The notes under the pieces: model-generated | Seen by the model: the letters and a program-made list of their open reading frames with translations, nothing else | Database searches by the model: none | Told to the model about the DNA's origin: nothing | Made by a program: the position numbers and the translations under genes | DNA from: Chrysomallon squamiferum | Taxonomy: Eukaryota; Animalia; Mollusca | Length of the DNA: 64,000 nt | Direction: 5' to 3' | Assembly (NCBI GenBank): GCA_012295275.1 | Contig: CM022675.1 | Location: forward strand, 12,834,001 to 12,898,000 | In this document: piece by piece, positions 1 to 14,000 of the stretch | Position numbering within the stretch: the first letter of the stretch is position 1 | Layout: each line of letters starts with the position of its first letter

Positions 1-1363
1 AGACTATTTCTTCATATGACAACAGGTACATTCAAATAAACACCAAATTAAATGCACACACCAAAGTATACTAAATCAGTATAGATTTTTTTTTTTTTGT
101 TCATTCCAATACAGATACACTTTATGAATGAAAAAAACTGATTCAGGCTAGACACATACAGATAATTTGTAATGTAAGGTACCTTTAAAGAAAACAAATA
201 AAACTATTTCTAAAATATAAATAAATCATTTCATGCCAGCTCGTGTCTGTTGATTTATAATTAAGTAAATATTTGAAAGTGCAAGGGTTAAATTCCACTG
301 AGAACATTCCTTTGTTTTGTAGTATTTTGTTTGGTGTTTAAAACTGTTGTTTGCTTTTTATCTTAGCCAGGTACCCAGGGAAAAGTCTAGCAGACAGGTT
401 TTCATATCATTGTTCTTTCATTTTATTTATTTATTTATTTATTTTTTTAATTCTTTGTGTTATGTTTGGATCCATTCTTTTAATATACCTTTGCACCTTA
501 CACTTCCCATTTCTCCCCTACAGTGACATCTGATTATTATGTTACAAGCAACACTAACAAGCATCATGTATGTGTTTGATATTCTTCTTAATAAATACAT
601 AACTATTTAAATACTGATGTATATAAGTCAGTTAAATATATATATATTTGTGTTGTTTATTTTTACTGTTATAAGTTCACTGTTGTTTGCAGCTTTTGCA
701 GATATGTTTGTTATTGTTTAGATTATGAAAGAACATTTTTTTTATTTGAAAAATTTATTTACTTCTTCAGTTTTAATACCATAAAGTTTGTTGATTTTTG
801 ATTTTTATATTTTTAATTTATTGCTTTTATAATGACAAATGGAAACAACTTGCTTACTTTTTTTTCTTGGAGTGGCTTCAGTTTAGTTCTTTTTTTTTAT
901 TTTTATTTTTATAAAATATTTATTTAATGATCAGTAATTAAACTCACAAAGAAAAATAGTTATTTCCCATTCCAAACAGGTACTGGGTTGTTCACTGTGT
1001 GCTTTTTTTAATTGATGCATTTAATTATTTTTATCCTGTAGTAAGATGCTTATTAACAATATGCTGCTAGTTTAAACACATATTATATGTAGTAGAAGAA
1101 CCCTTAACATTAAACAAATATTTGTAGCTCTTAAAATTTACACATTGGTGAGAGAGACAGAGTGATGTAAGTGGTATTTTAGTTACTTCAGCAGTGAAAC
1201 CAGAAATTATATTTGTAGTTCTGTTCTGAATTCTGCCTTCTGTTGTAATTGTAAGTGATTTGTTCATAAATGTCAGTAATTAAGTTTTACAGCTTTCAAG
1301 AAAAGAATCATTAAAATAATAACAAAGGAAAAAATAATAGGAACAATATATTTTAAAAAATCA

Positions 1364-1402
<39 letters not shown>

Positions 1403-3850
1403 TATTATTATTATTACATCATGCGTGTGAGGGCGTCTGTTTCTGGGTGTGTCTGCATGCGTGTGTGTTTGGAACATTTATCACAATTGTTGTAATTAAT
1501 ACTACTTCATCCTTACAATTTAGTTTCCACTGTGGGTAATCTTTAAGGTTTGTGTTTTGACTGAGCATGATATTGATACTGAGTAGTGTTATACTTACTA
1601 GTTAGACTAACACACAACAATAGGAGACTCACAGTAATTGAGCTGGCTGTTTCTGAAATACACTTTGAGTGTAATTTTTATTATTCATATGAACAGTAAG
1701 CTGTAATGCATTCTGTATGCTTCCAAATTATTGTTTTGTTTGCTTTGGTAATTTTTTCTTTGATACTAATGAAGTGTGACAAAATAACAAGTTTGTAGAA
1801 AAGCTTGGAGACTGCTGTCATTCATTTTTGGCTGGTATTTCAAAAACAAAACAAATAATAAAAAAAAAAAAAAAAAAAAGAAGATAATAATAAAAAAAAA
1901 AAAATATATATATAATAATAATAAAAACAAATAATAGGATATAAAATAATACATCATGATTTTTAAATCTTCAAGGTTATTTTCCTGTGTTTTATTGTTA
2001 TACTTTATTGTTTGCAAAGATTGGTGACTAATAAAAAACAACAACAGTTAAGTGATATTTTGTATTTTGCACATAGTAAAAAAAAAAATCATAGTTTCTG
2101 AGTCTTTTATTGCTGTGATACTTGTGCACTGTTGTTTGAGTGTAATATGGTTTGGTATATCCTGGTGATCTATCTTTTATGGTTTGGTTTTTTTTTTTTC
2201 TTAACCAGTCTCACATTTGGTTCTTAAACTGGGCATTGCAAACGTTACTTCTCTTCAGTATACTACTTACTAGATGACAACTAATTACATTTACAGCTTG
2301 GTGGTTCTTGCATGATTGTTCATGTTTCTGTAATTCTTTGAAGTTATCTGCAATGTAATGTGCTTGTGTAAGTTAGTATATATATATAGCAGACATGGAA
2401 ATGTGCACACATAACAAGATTCATACATGTACAACACATGCATGAACATAAATATTCATACGTAACATACACACATAAACACACATTCATACACACTGAA
2501 AATATTTATATTATATGGCTGCATTTGCTTTTTGATGATGTATATATAGCTAGCTCTTTAAACCTTATTAAATAATATATTTATATAATTTCTAATATTA
2601 TTAAATGTTAGAATGTTAATATTTAGAAGAGAAAATACTAACATACAAATAAATAATCTTTATAATATAAAAAAAAACAAATGATTTCTGCATAAAATTT
2701 AATTTAAAAAAAAAAAAAAAACAATATAAGGAATGGTTTTAATAATTTTTAAAAATAAATGAGTTTTATTGAAATAGTCAATTATATTTTGGTGTCATTT
2801 TTTAAAAATAATTTTTAAAAATATCTTTTTATTTATTATTTGTTATATTCTTTAAAATAATAATAATAAAATGATTAATATAAATTTTTAAAATATTTTA
2901 TTTCAGTTGAACCATTCTTACAAGGCTCTACAGTATTTTAATTTTTATTTTTCAGAATGATTATATTGTGCTCCAACTTTAATTTAAACATGAAGTAAAA
3001 ACTGTTAGTCTGTATAGGGATTTTTTTAAACTTAATATTAATTTTTCATTTTAATTCATAAACAATTTTTTATACAGTTTATTATTAACTACAAGTTTAG
3101 ATATTTATGTAGTTGAGTTTTTATTATTAAATAATGTAACAGTATATATTGGTATTGTGTGTTTTTATTACCTTTATTATTTCTGGATGTAGTTTTTACT
3201 TTCTTCACTCTACAGTTTATATGTTCTTTTAGTTTTTCACTCTCGTTTGTTCATTTTCATTTTGCCAAATGTATGCACTTGCAAACACTCACACTCACGT
3301 ACATACTGTCACTAACACGTGCACTGACACCCACACATACTTTCTATAAATAGATGTATATCTATACATTGACACTTCCTTCATTAACACAGGTACATTC
3401 ACAAACACAGAAATCTCCTTTAGAGAAACAAACTCACATGTGTTATTATTCTCATACAAACCATATACCCATGTGATACATACATATATATATATATACC
3501 AACATAACACAACACACCATACATACACACAAACATAAACACACAAAGTGGAAATCAGACAACCAAACACTCAGCCAAATACACATGTACATACAACACA
3601 GTGCATACATACATACATACATACATACATACATAAATGAAAAAATTAAATTATGACACTAGTTTATAAATAAGTCATTATCTTACATGTTCATTGTTTG
3701 TTGCTTTTTTTCACTGTCTATTTATTAAAACTGTATTCTATTAAACTATCCTATGAAATTAATTTGGTATGCTTATTGCTATAAGATGGAGCTTCATTAG
3801 TCAATTAATTAATCAGTTAATAACCACCAGTGTATGTAACATTATACTAG

Positions 3851-3901
<51 letters not shown>

Positions 3902-4399
3902 ATGATACTTGAGATATTTAAAATGTAATACTACTGCATGCTCTAAATGGATAGATAGAATATTGTAAATTAAATTTTTAAGCAAAAAAAGTCACTCATA
4001 GTTCAGAACATTTCACAATTACATAATGCTTGTTGTAAGGAAATTTGAAATTGATCCTCAAAACTATATTTTAAATCCGTTTTTATTGTCAGTACATGAA
4101 TTGGCAAAACAGTCTTTCTAAAATAATTTTTTATTATTATTATTATTTTTTTTATAGTAAATAAACATTTTACAAATTTATTTAAAAATTAGTTTCTGCA
4201 TGATTCTAACTTCTTGTTGTATTGGTTGTAAAATACTAATTATTAGCTGTATTTGTGTGGTTTGTAGAAAGCATGTAAATATTAATAAACCTGGGGGTTT
4301 AATTCTAAAATATCAAATAAATTTGTTCAGAGTTATTGATCTTGGAAGGAATAAAGACATTTTAATAATAAAAATATACATTGATCTTTTTTTTTATTA

Positions 4400-4461
<62 letters not shown>

Positions 4462-4715
4462 CCAAAAGAAACCTAGGTTAATAATTGTTTATCATAAAGA
4501 ATTCTTCTAAGCTCACCAATATACAAGTTATCTAGAACAGTTTCATTTCTGTGAATTTTAATTATTTGAATATTGAACTTTTGTGGTGATATTGTCTGAA
4601 TTTGATATTTTGTTTTACGTTTTGGTTTTGTGTGAATTTTACTAGGCTTCTTCTGTTTTCTTTATTTTTCATTCAGCATTTCTTCCCATTGTACTTAAAA
4701 CTAGCAAGATAAACA

Positions 4716-4747
<32 letters not shown>

Positions 4748-7591
4748 TTATTATTATTATATAGATTCAGAAATATATTTTTTCAATTTATTTTAGAATA
4801 TTGAAAAATATTAAACCATGTTTTTATGGTGGTAGTGAGAAAAGGTGATGTTTTCTTTCATTTTTTATAAAAATTATAAAATTATAAAAAATTACAAAAA
4901 TTATAAAAAACAATTTGATCTTACATCCTTAATTTATTAAGTAAAATTTTGTTTATTATTATTATTATTTTTTACTTAACATAATTCTATTTACCATTTT
5001 ATTTATGTGTGTACATGTGTATGTGCATGCATGTGTGAGAGTACATGTGTATGTGTGCATGTGTGTTTATTTATAGGATACACAGTGACAGAATTATGGC
5101 AGTTGATGCTAATATGCTACACCAACTGACCTCAGTAATGTACTGCATCACATTCTGTCACTTTTTCTGTTGAACAAGTAACACTTCTACTGCTTCTGTA
5201 TACAGCAAACAACTAATAAACCCACTACCTATATCACTTGTAGCCATCTGGCAAATCCTTAGTTACATCTCAGCTTGTTAGCATATCTCTGTCAACATTT
5301 GCTGACATTAACAAATGTCTCTTACATTTACGCAGATTAACATATTTCTGTCAGATTGTTACTGTCAGACAAATAACATTACTGTATCACAGCATGTATG
5401 AACTAAAACAAAATTAACTGGTTTTATGTGTGTTAGTTATATTAATAGGATACTAAATGCATTCAGAGAATATCACAGGACGGTTTCATTTTATAAATTT
5501 ATTGTTAAGGTTCATAACATTATAATTATAATTATTATTATGCAATGTTTCATAGAAAACAGATAATCATATTTACGTTATTTGCATGTTCGTTGAAAAT
5601 GTATAAAATGTATAATTGGGCTTAATTCAGAAGTTACTAAATATGTATAGAAAATAAAATAAAAATAATAAATTAATTTCTTTGTTCATCCAATAGTAAA
5701 CTTTTATAAAGTTCGTTTTTTAAATGACAAATATTTAAATATTACTGTAATCTGCTTCTAAAAGAACAACTTTTATATTTAATTTCATACATAGTAATTA
5801 GTATAGATTTAAAAAAAAAAAAAAAAACCAGTTATGATATTCTGTATAAATTGTAATAGCTTTTGAGATAAGAGAAGAAATTGAATTATAAATGTACTTA
5901 ATACATTTAACTTTGTTAATATTATTATACTTGTTTTATTTATTTATTTATTTATTTATTTTGTTCAGTTTTGTTTTATTTTGTTTCATAAAGATGTCAA
6001 TCAGGTTTGCTTCATTCAGCTTACTTTTACGTATTGTTTACTTTTATTTTTGTTGTTACTATTATTATTTAGGTTTAGGATTAAATAAATTTCATAAGAA
6101 AAAACATTTCATGCACTGCAAGTTTCAGCTTTATAAAATCATGTTTCATTTTGTGTTTTTATTTATTACTAAACAAAAACTATAATAAAGCTTATTAATA
6201 TAGAGAAAGTTGAAAAGAAAAATGAATTTCAGAGCTTTAGTATTTTTTACCATTTGATATTTTCAAACATAATCAAACCTTTATTTTCATGTTAAATATT
6301 TACACAGAAGAAAGCAAAGATAATAAAGTTAAGTCATCAAGTAAAACTTATTTTTATGGAACAATTTGAAATGTTAATTTGAAATTAAATAAAAGAAAGG
6401 CAAATAAATGGTAAAGTGATATTTTCAGTTTAATTTTGTTTTCTTAATAATAAATTATATTCATTCAGTAAGTAAAAAATAATGAGGTAAAACAAAGGTT
6501 GAGTTGTTTATTAATTTCTTTTTTATTTTAAATTTTTTTAAAATATATTTATGGATATAGCTGTAGTTGAGTTTTTCTGTTTTTAATCATTTTTCGGTTC
6601 TTTTCATTTGTGGATGCTGGTTGTAACACATTAACATTATATAATTTACCAACAACTTAATTTTTATATTTTATTATAATGCTAGAAAAAATAGAGATAT
6701 AATTTATCACAGTTTTGAAATTAAATTTAACTATTCAATTACTGGTTAATGATTTTGTCAATTAGGTATGAAAAGGAAATTTAATTTTTAAGTTCTAGTT
6801 TCGTTTTTTTCATTTATTACCATATGATTTGTTTTTTAAATTTTTTTTATTTTATTTATTTTATTTATTTTTTATTGTTGTTATTTCTAATTATCCTTTA
6901 ATAAAATAACTTTTTATTAATGTTTTGCTTTTATTAATATTTTAACTATGATTAAATAGAATATATTTTATTTATGCTTAATGTTGTGAAAATGTGGTTG
7001 GTCTTGCTCATTTATTATTTACTTAAAGAGCACTTCTAAAAAAAAACCCAGACTATTTAAAAACTAAAATATGTATCTGAATGTCAGATTAAATTACATT
7101 TTATCATATTTGCATTTTATATTAATTCAGATTATCTACCTTATTATATATATTCTTTACAAATAAATAAATAAAATAAAAAAATAAAAAATTAAAATGG
7201 TATTTATAATTACACTTTTAAATTGTATTTTACAAAAACAGTGTTTATGTTATCTACCTTGACATACTGTCTATAAGTAAAACAAGTTTAAAAGTTCCTC
7301 CGTTTTGATTTTGAGTTTATAATCTTTTTAAAGCTTTCTGCAAACTTTATTGGTTAATCTGCATATGATACATTTTATATAATCTAATATGAACCTGTTA
7401 TAAGGTGGTGTATATTGTTTTAATTGTTTAGATATACCTCGCTTTTTCTGCCCAAGTTGAGTTAGATTATACTAGCAAGGTGATTATAAAACACATCTCT
7501 GTTTCATTGGGAGCTTTTTGTGTGTTTAAACTGTACAACATGTTTGCATGTTTTTCTGTCGTATTAGTAGATGTTATTAATACCTACATAC

Positions 7592-7622
<31 letters not shown>

Positions 7623-8059
7623 TATATAATTTAATAGTGTAAGACAAATATACTATCACTAATAATTATTACTATGTTAACTTTATAGCTAATTACGAGG
7701 AATGATTCTTCAAATTTAGTTAAGATAATTTTTATTATTATTGTTAATTTTTAAAGTATCTCTGAAATTATTATTAGGAAAGACAACAAAATGCTCGTTA
7801 ATAATTTAGCTTTGTATAGAATTTCAGCTGCTCTGCAAACAGTGAGTTTAACTTAGATTGCACTCAGTAACATTGGCATACATTTATAGTTTAAATTTTT
7901 TACAAGTGGTTGGTGACGTTTTTGCAGATTTATCTTGATGTGAGTTATCTGCCCTTGACCTAATCTCCTCTGCATGATTACAGATTTCATTCACGATAGT
8001 ATTTCTTTTTTCATCTAATTATTATTATTATTATTTTTTTTTTTCTTGTTGTTGTTTGT

Positions 8060-8094
<35 letters not shown>

Positions 8095-8533
8095 TTTTTT
8101 TCAGAACTAACACATTTCCTCATATTCAGCTAACTCTTCATCTCACAATGTACATATAGCTCATGTAGTTGTGTTTGTTTTCGCTTGTAATGTATGCATG
8201 TTCGGTTTGGTATAGTCAAGCATATTGGACCCCCTGTTTTGCTCTAGACAATACTGGTGTTTAGACTTGAATCACTTTCTCTTTTAGTGAATATGTATAT
8301 ATTATTATTTGTATTTGTTTTTAAATTTTACAAAACTTGAATTGCTTGATGAGCAGTGATGTAAACAAAAATACTTTGCATGTTATTTCACCCCTGGTTA
8401 TTTACCACTTGAATAAGTCGTATTTTTCAGATTTTATCCAGCTAGTAAATAATTAATAATAGTGATAAATATGTATATATTTATATATATTAATTTTATT
8501 TATTTTTTATTTTTATAATTATAAAATAATAAC

Positions 8534-8569
<36 letters not shown>

Positions 8570-10708
8570 TATTTAAAATAAATAATTTGTTTTATAAAAA
8601 TAAATTATAAAAATCCCAACATAATGAACTTCATTGAGTGAACTTTTTCAGTGAACGTTTTTTTAATGCTTAATTCTTTTGGTGCTGGGGATTTTATGAA
8701 TAATTTTAATTGGCTGATAACCTTAATAAGTCTAACATTAATGCTAATGCAAAAATAAATAATAATAATATAATTTGTATTCTATATTTTGAATATAATG
8801 TGTGAATCTAGGCAAAGAAAAAGTCTCTTGTCCCAATTTCATTTTTTATTTCTGTAGTTTTTATCATAATTAAAAATAACATAATAATCAAACTGCTCCA
8901 AGCATCCAAAAGTGTTAAATTTATTTAATATATTCTTCTGGCTTTCCATTTTCCAGTGTAGTATATATGTGTACTTTTTCTTAAATATCTGTCACATAAC
9001 ATGTTTTGATATCAGAGTTGTATGTCTGTCTGTCTGTCTGTCTGAGGCCAGAACAAACAAAAAAAAACATTTCTTTGAAAGAACTACTGTTACTTATTGT
9101 GATGGTCTGAAGACAGGTCGCATGGCCATTTTCATTTCATTTATACGAATTTAAATAAACACTAAATATGACTGAAATTTAAACACTTTAATGTATAATG
9201 ATAAACATAATGAATTTTTACAAACATACGTAACTAGTAGTTATTTTTTAAATTATTCTTTTTTTTAAAGTAATCATAGAGTAAGTTTTTGTGTGTTCTG
9301 AAAATATTATAATAATGTTACATATAAAGTTTCTGTTTTTAATAAAATAGCTTCTTAGGATACACACAATCAGTTTAAATGCTGTTAAAGAGATACTGGG
9401 AGTTTTTAAATGATTTCAGCTTGGGGAGCAGTATTGAGTTGTGCAGAACACAGTTCGGCTTAATATGCACTTTTTCTTTAAATTGTTCACATTGTTTCTG
9501 TTAAAAGAAATACATATCAGTTATAATATATAATTTTTTTTTATTTATAGTGTATGGTGATTCTTTAAAAGAAATGTTTTTATGTCTTTAATTACAGTGT
9601 TCAAAATTTAAAACGAAATTGAAATAAAAAAAACAAAAGAACTCAAAAGATAATGTAGTTTTATTATATTTTAAATTACAATCGTGGGAATTTATATTAT
9701 TTTATTTAATTAATTTCAAAAAGTAAAAGTTAAATGTAACCATTTAGACTTAATAAATATTAATTTGTGTGTAATTTATATATTTATATATCATTTATTT
9801 ACATATATCTTATATTAATATTATGGTACGATAATAAGTACCTGGCAGCTGGGTTCAAATTAAGACTGAGGGTATGAATGAATTAGTAAATAGTAAGCTT
9901 TTTTTTTTTTATAAACTTGCATATTTTGAAACTGATTATCAATAAATTACTGTAGCATTGAAAAACATTTAATAAAAATATATATTTTTACTTCAAAAAC
10001 AGTAATTACAAATTAGTTTGGCCAGCACTGATTTAACTGTCTTCTGTTTTTTCAGATTACAGAACTATTTTTATATTAATTTAAAAGATTTTTAAAATAA
10101 TAAATATGTAAACATTTAATAAGTATGTAGGAACTAGTAATGAAGTCTTAATTTCAAACCTGCTGCAGTAGACTCTATTTCTCTAGATTAGTAATGGTCA
10201 CTTTATAATATTTATTTATTAAATACTTTTATCATATGGTACCATTTTACAATTAAAGTTTAAACAACAAATATTAAAAGATTTATATTATTTACATCCT
10301 TTAAAAAAATAATCTTAATTTAGCATTAAGTTGGCATTACATTTTGCTAGAGACATTTTTTTTATTTTTTTATTTTTTTTTATTTTTTTTTTACAATAAT
10401 TTTTATTGGTTTAATTGACCTTGCATTCAGAAACAGCTATTTAATTGTTTTGTTTGAAAGAATATAATGACAGGCTATGTAATAATAATGCCAGTTTTCT
10501 TGTAGGTTTAGACAGTATCACCTATGTTAAAAAAACAAACATCTATTTTTAAATTCCTACTTGTTTATAAACATCCTGCTTTTTTGTTGATTTAAAAACA
10601 TTTCTCTGTGAACAATTTGTTTTTGGGTCATAATAAAACCAGTCTGTGGTTAGTACAAGCAGTAGACAAAGTTAGAGTTTGCTTCAGAGTTATCTTTCCA
10701 TTTTTCAG

Positions 10709-10975
10709 GAAAAGATGTCGCCACTTCTGCCAGCAGTGCAGCAGCACTGGGGTCAAAGGTTCAGAAGAACGGCAATCAAGAAGTGCAGGTAATTAATTAC
10801 ACTGTATTGACTGTGTAGAAGTAAATAATATATCGGTGGTCAGATATAATAATAATAATAGTAAGTAACAAGAAGAAGAAAAGAAGAAGATGAAGAAGAA
10901 AATGACCATAAGAAAACCCAGTATGAATGACATATTCCATATACAAGTAAATAATAAAATGAGTTCAATAATAAA

Positions 10976-11057
<82 letters not shown>

Positions 11058-14000
11058 TTAAAGAACAAAATAGGAAAGATGCAGTTAAGTTGAAGGATGA
11101 TTTATCACAGCAGTTAATTTTTACTTGAGTTGAAATATATTCTACTTGTGTAGTCTGAGATTGGTATTTGTTTTAGAAGGGGAAAGACACGAAGCAGGTT
11201 AAAGATGAGAAGATCAATGCTGGTGGAGATGCAAAACCAGTGATTTGTGCAGATGAGAACTCACAGGTTTGAACACTTTATTTTCATTTTTGTATGATTT
11301 GAAGTGTACTCCAGTCTAACATATTTGCATCATAGCTTATTTACTCCTAATTGATTGCCTAATCTGTTCTGTCTATATTTTTATAGATTAAGAAAACTGT
11401 AGAATACAAAAAACTAATGGTTAAAAGTTTGTAGACTGAATAATTTTTAATTGAAAGATAAAAGAAATTTTAATTATTATGTTTTTGTTGTTGTTGATTT
11501 TAGAAGCCATTTTCTTTATTTTTGCATCAGAATCCAGCCATTCAGATTTCCAGTATCAGCAATGATTCTGAAAAGGAGACAAAAACTATTTTGTAAGTTA
11601 AATCAGTACTTTATGAGATTTGTTTTTGTAATTCTGTATTTAAATATCGCATTTAAATTCTCCTTTCTTTTCTTAAATATTAAAATTTTTTTTTTTTTTT
11701 TTTGTTAATGCTTTTTCTTCCACAGTGAAAAAATTATTTAATCATGATGAAGTTCACGTTACATACGTTATTAAAAATTATTTTATCTGAATATTGATAT
11801 TATAGCTGCTAATCATGTAAATGATCAGTCAAATAAAGTCAGAAATTAAAAAAATATATATTAACAATTTCCAAAGCATCTAAGCAGTATATTTGAATTT
11901 TTTGCTTATGTGTTTCTAAAGATATGTTGATCATTACAGATAAATTATATTTCTCAGGTCTTCAACAACATCAGATGGACAGGACTTGGACACACTGAAG
12001 GGAAGTGTGTCTTTTTCATTCACACGAACAACATCGTCGAAGATCAACATGGCATCAGCTTTCATTGCTGAAACAGAAGACAATCAGACAGAAGAAGGTG
12101 GTGGCGGGAATAAAGAAGTGGAAAACGCAAAAACAAGTTCGACTGGAAAGTTACAAACTGGGTTTGTCAAAGTGATGAGTAAAGATGACACTCGGGAACT
12201 GGACTGGCCTGGAGAAATGATTCAGATGACATCAACAGAGCCTAGCCTGAGCTTCAGCTGCAACCCTCTCTACTTCGACTTCAGTCAGCTGATGAAGAAA
12301 AAACAGAAAAAGGATGAGTCAGCAGAAGCTGTTGTTTCTGCTGATGTTGAAGAAGAAGTGACTGAAGTAAAGGCTGAGGAGGAAGAGGCAGTCAAGGATG
12401 CTGTAGAAGAAAAAAGTAAAGATCAAGTTACGGAATTTACTGCTGAAGGAGAAGAAGTAAAAATGGTTAAGAAGAAGAAGCGGAAGCACAAGAAAAAGAA
12501 GAAAAAGGTTCGCGACACTGTTGGAGAAGATGTCACTAAACCTGAAGGTGCAGAAGAGGAAAAAGAGGTTGTAAAACACAAAAAAAGGAAGAAAAAAAGA
12601 AAGAAAAGGAAACACAAAACTGAAGGGGAAGAAGATGGCTTGGAAGAAAAGAAACCTTCAAAAAGAAAGAAAAAGAAATCGAGAAAACATCATTCAAAAA
12701 TTCAGGATGATACTGAAGGCAAAGTTAATGGCCTGTCAGAAAGCAAGGCTGATTCAGGAGATGAGAAACATGAAACTAAAAGAAAGGCAAAAAAACGAAA
12801 ACACAGACACAGACATGAATCAAAGCATGAAGGAGAAGAAGCAGCTTCAAAAGGTGAACCTAAAGATACTAATTCAGAAGTTCCTGCTAAAAAGAAGAAG
12901 AGAACAGAGAAAGGAAAACTGAGTTTAGAATATCAGGACACTGCTTCTTCGGATTCAGAAGAGGACAATCAAAACAAGCCAAAGAAGGAGAAATCTAAAA
13001 CCATTAAAAATAACCCAGACAACAAAACAGAATCTGATTTGGAGTTGTCCAATCCAGGTAAAAAAACTGGCACTCCTAAGAAAGGAGATTCTCAGTCTCG
13101 GGAAATCACAGGTGAAACAAAGACAAAGCCAGCAGACCTAATGAAGAGTCCTCGTGCTGGTAAAGTACCAGTACAGAATCCTAAACAGACAGTTGAAGCA
13201 AAGGCAGCAAAGAAGACAAAAACACCAGAAAGCCAAGAAAATAAAACTCCAAATTCCAGGAAAAGAACAGCTAGTGACTCTGCAGGAGATGACCAGACTC
13301 CAGTGAAGTCGATGAAGACTGTTTCCAAAGAGGTCGTTCCTCCAGTGACAGTAGAACACGACTCGTGGACAAAGATGGAAGGCTTGCTTGAACCAAAATC
13401 CCGAGAAACCAACCTCAAATCTAAATGGGATACAAGTGACAGTGAGAATGAAGATAATCCTGGTGGAGAAGTTAAAAAGAACCCTAAGAAATCTGCATCA
13501 CCGAAGCCAAAAGCTAAAGGAAACAATCCCGGATCAGGGGAAAGGTCAAATTCCAAAAGTGAAGTTAAAAGCAGGAAAAAGTCTTACTCATCATCATCAG
13601 ATTCTGACACCTATAGAACTCAGTCTCGAAGTAGGTCTAGAACAAGGTCGTACACCAGATCTAGATCAAGGTCATACCGGTCCCGCTCATTTAGTTATTC
13701 TGACGATTCGAGATACAGTCGTTCAAGGTCAAGATCATCATCTACGAGGTCAAGATCGCGAAGTCGGAGGCGGTATTCCAGGAGTCACAGATCTCTTACT
13801 CTCAGTCGAAGTAGATCGTACAGTAGGAGCAGTAGGTCAAGCTACTCTAGGTCACGAAGCAAGTCACGTTCATACCACAGGTCTAGATCATACACTCGAA
13901 GCAGGTCCCGATCCAGCAGCTTTTCTGTATTCAGAACAAAGTCTCCTAAACGACTGCTTCAGAAGACTAGTAGTCTGTTGACAGCTAAACCAAAAGTTGA

